Of a DNA stretch of 64,000 nucleotides, positions 61,671 through 64,000 are shown piece after piece (the first letter of the stretch is position 1; every line of letters begins with the position of its first letter). The notes under the pieces are model-generated. The model saw only the letters and a program-made list of their open reading frames with translations. It had not been told where the DNA came from and searched no databases. The stretch is from assembly GCF_963921235.1 (NCBI RefSeq), contig NC_086108.1, positions 11,780,001-11,844,000 of the forward strand, in the 5' to 3' direction. Source of the DNA: Mobula hypostoma. Lineage: Eukaryota. The position numbers were made by a program, and so were the translations under genes.

Positions 61671-62780
61671 TGTTACAGGCACAGAGTTTCATCATGGGAC
61701 AGTGGGATGATGAGTGAGTGCTGTGAGTGGGATGATGTAATTGTCTCATTACCGTGGGGTGATGTTATGTCATGTAATGGCATGTTTCCTCTTCCCCAGG
61801 GCACCACTGCTCAATACAAGGGGACATGGCTTTAAGGTAAGGGGTGGGAAGTTCAAGGGGGATATTAGAGGAAGGTTTTTTACTCAGAGAGTGGTTGGTG
61901 CGTGGAATGCACTGCCTGAGTCAGTGGTGGAGGCAGATACACTAGTGAAGTTTAAGAGACTACGAGACAGGTAAATGGAGGAATTTAAGGTGGGGGCTTA
62001 TATGGGAGGCAGGGTTTGAGGGTTGGCACAACATTGTGGGCCGAAGGGCCTGTACTATGCTGTACTATTCTATGTTCTATGTTCTATGTTCTATGTATTT
62101 AAGGAAGCCCGCCAACGTGTGACGCAGAGCTTTTACTTTCTATTTTAAGCTGCAAACACGTTGTTGCCGGCAGTTTCGCCAATCACTGCCAGTTTGTTTG
62201 TTGCACATTTGTTTTACTTTAACAGTCTGGTATTGGAGAGTGAAGACCTTACCAATGTACCGGAACCCAAAGGACTGGGTAAAGTTAACGACGTTCGGTG
62301 TTTTGGAAGTGATCAACTGTTTGGAATCGGAATCGTCTGGGAAATTGTGGCATGCACGCTTGAGTTAAACCCCTGCAAGGTCAGGACAGTTTGTGCAGTG
62401 TCCACCCTCCTGAGAGAAAAGGTCAGTTATTTTATGACTTCATTTCTTCGTGACTCCTTTGCACAAGGCATCTCTCGACTGTGTTCAGCAGATACGTCAT
62501 TTTCTTCGGAGGAATTGTTGCTGCAGTGAAGTCTCTCCTTCAAGACTGTAAAAATCACAAGGACTTTTCAACTTACTACTTTAAGACTGTGTTTGAAGTT
62601 ACCACTTTTAGAAGTATTTTAAAGTTCGACTGTTTGTTTGAGATAGCCGCATAACGGTTAACTTCCGGTTAAGCTAGTTTATTTACTTTTCTATGTTTTT
62701 GAGCAGAGGTTAATAAATATCATTGTTTTTTTTATAAAACCTGACTCAATTTCATATCCATTGTTGCTGGACACGTGACA
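61671..62780 (+). mobile_element. 5' LTR of a Gypsy LTR retrotransposon (start at 61671 or 61768), containing a CR1 insertion
   Basis: Ends ACACGTGACA just before the PBS; AATAAA near 62712; candidate starts TGTTACA (61671) or TGTCATGT (61768). Confidence 0.7.
61788..62095 (+). mobile_element. CR1 3' end (about 300 bp), same subfamily as 25725-28128
   Basis: Near-identical to 27828-28128; (TTCTATG)n tail. Confidence 0.92.
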
Positions 62781-62784
62781 AAAG

Positions 62785-62802
62785 TGGGGGCTCGTCCAGG
62801 AT
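62785..62802 (+). promoter_or_regulatory. Primer-binding site complementary to the tRNA-Pro 3' end
   Basis: TGGGGGCTCGTCCAGGAT matches the canonical TGGGGGCTCGTCCGGGAT at 17/18 positions and lies 4 nt after the LTR's terminal CA. Confidence 0.9.
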
Positions 62803-62910
62803 CTGTTCCGATTTTGAGCTTAATTGCTTGTTTAATTATCTATTTGATTGGAAAAGGGGAAATATTCGATTCTTTTTGTTTGATTGGTTTGTGTGTGGTC
62901 ATCAGCAGCA

Positions 62911-64000
62911 ATGAATGTTGACGGCTTCCTGGCATCACCAGCCCCGGCGGTATTAGCGAAGGTGAAAAAGGATGATGTATTAAAGATTGCTAGACGGTTA
63001 GACCTTAAAGGAATATTGGTGGTTACAACTAAGCCAGTAATTCAGAGGAAAATCGTGGAACACTATGCAAATTCGGGAGTTTTTGATGAAGCAGAGTTAG
63101 ATAGGTTCCCTGTAAGTAAAGAAGCGATCCAGTTATACATGGAATAGGTAGCGTTAGAGAAGCTTAGAGTAGAAGCTGACTTAAAACAGAAACAATTAGA
63201 AGCTGACTTGGAACAAAGTCAGTTAGAAGCTGCAAATAAACAGAGGGAATTTGAACTCGTGATAGAGTGGTTAAGGTCTGAGAATCAGTCCTCTGGTTCT
63301 AGGAAACTGTTTGTTGCTAGTTAGGAAGTTAAATTGGCTCCTCCATTTAATGAGGCAGAAGTTGATAAGTACTTCCAGCATTTTGAGACAGTTGCTCGGA
63401 TTTCAGAGTGGCCGAAAGAGAAATGGCCAGTGCTGTTACAAAGTGTAATTAAAGGTAAAGCAAAACAAGTTTATACAGTTTTAACTGATGAACAAGCACT
63501 TGATTATGATATCGTGAAGCAGCATATACTGAAAGCATACGAACTGGTTCTGGAAGCTTATAGAGAAAGATTTAGAAGTTTGAAGAAATCTATGGACCAA
63601 ACTTATGTGGAATTTGCTTATGATAAATCTGTGTGTTTTGAGCGATGGGTTACCTCTAAAAATGTGAATGGGAAGTTTGATACCTTGAAAGAGTTGATTT
63701 TAATGGAGGAATTTAAAAGGTGCATCCCTGTTGACGTAAGGACATACTTGAATGAGAGAGACACTGCCACACTGCAGGAATCTGCTAAATTAGCAGATGA
63801 GCATGCTTTAATCCATAAGAGTAAATTTCCTACAGGTACAACTTTTAAGAAAAAAATTAGCATGGATAGTCAGAGTAGACCAAAAATCAAATCAGAAGTT
63901 AGTGAGAAAGGTAAGGAGGAAGGGAAACAAGTGAAGGAAAGACCTTTGGGTCCTATTTGTAATTATTGCAGGAAAGCTGGTCATGTAATAGCTAACTGTT
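62911..64000 (+). pseudogene. gag: Gypsy gag (coiled coil, SCAN-like capsid region, CCHC knuckle); two in-frame stops; runs off the window
   Basis: One frame from MNVDGFLASP: ...FETVARISEWPKEKWPVLLQSVIKGKA...DYDIVKQHILKAYELV.EAYRERFR...LKELILMEEFKR...AKLADEH...CNYCRKAGHVIANC; TAG at 63145 and 63322. Confidence 0.88.

Overview
This is eukaryotic DNA made almost entirely of transposable elements, most likely a vertebrate intronic or intergenic region. The mix of CR1 LINEs with octamer tails, V-domain SINEs, Rex1/Babar LINEs and Penelope elements suggests a cartilaginous fish (shark or ray); that is an inference, not a database match. I found no host gene exon, intact tRNA, rRNA or CRISPR array. 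Every recognisable ORF is retroelement or transposase sequence. Main contents: (1) many nested CR1 copies, including a young copy with an uninterrupted RT ORF (8568-10745) and a full-length decayed copy (47794-52089); (2) fragmented Rex1/Babar LINEs, plus Tx1, RTE and HERO-like fragments; (3) three solo LTRs, two with exact TSDs; (4) the 5' LTR, tRNA-Pro PBS and SCAN-like gag of a Gypsy element at the right edge; (5) Chapaev3-like, Tc1-like and hAT-MITE DNA transposon remnants; (6) a Penelope element with inverted pseudo-LTRs. The most notable items are minimal hammerhead ribozyme motifs in the Penelope termini and in several short Penelope-derived fold-back elements, a 41-bp minisatellite arranged as two inverted arrays around a unique core, and a fully pairable 29-bp hairpin in unique DNA. 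Boundaries of old fragments were set by eye and are approximate to tens of bp.
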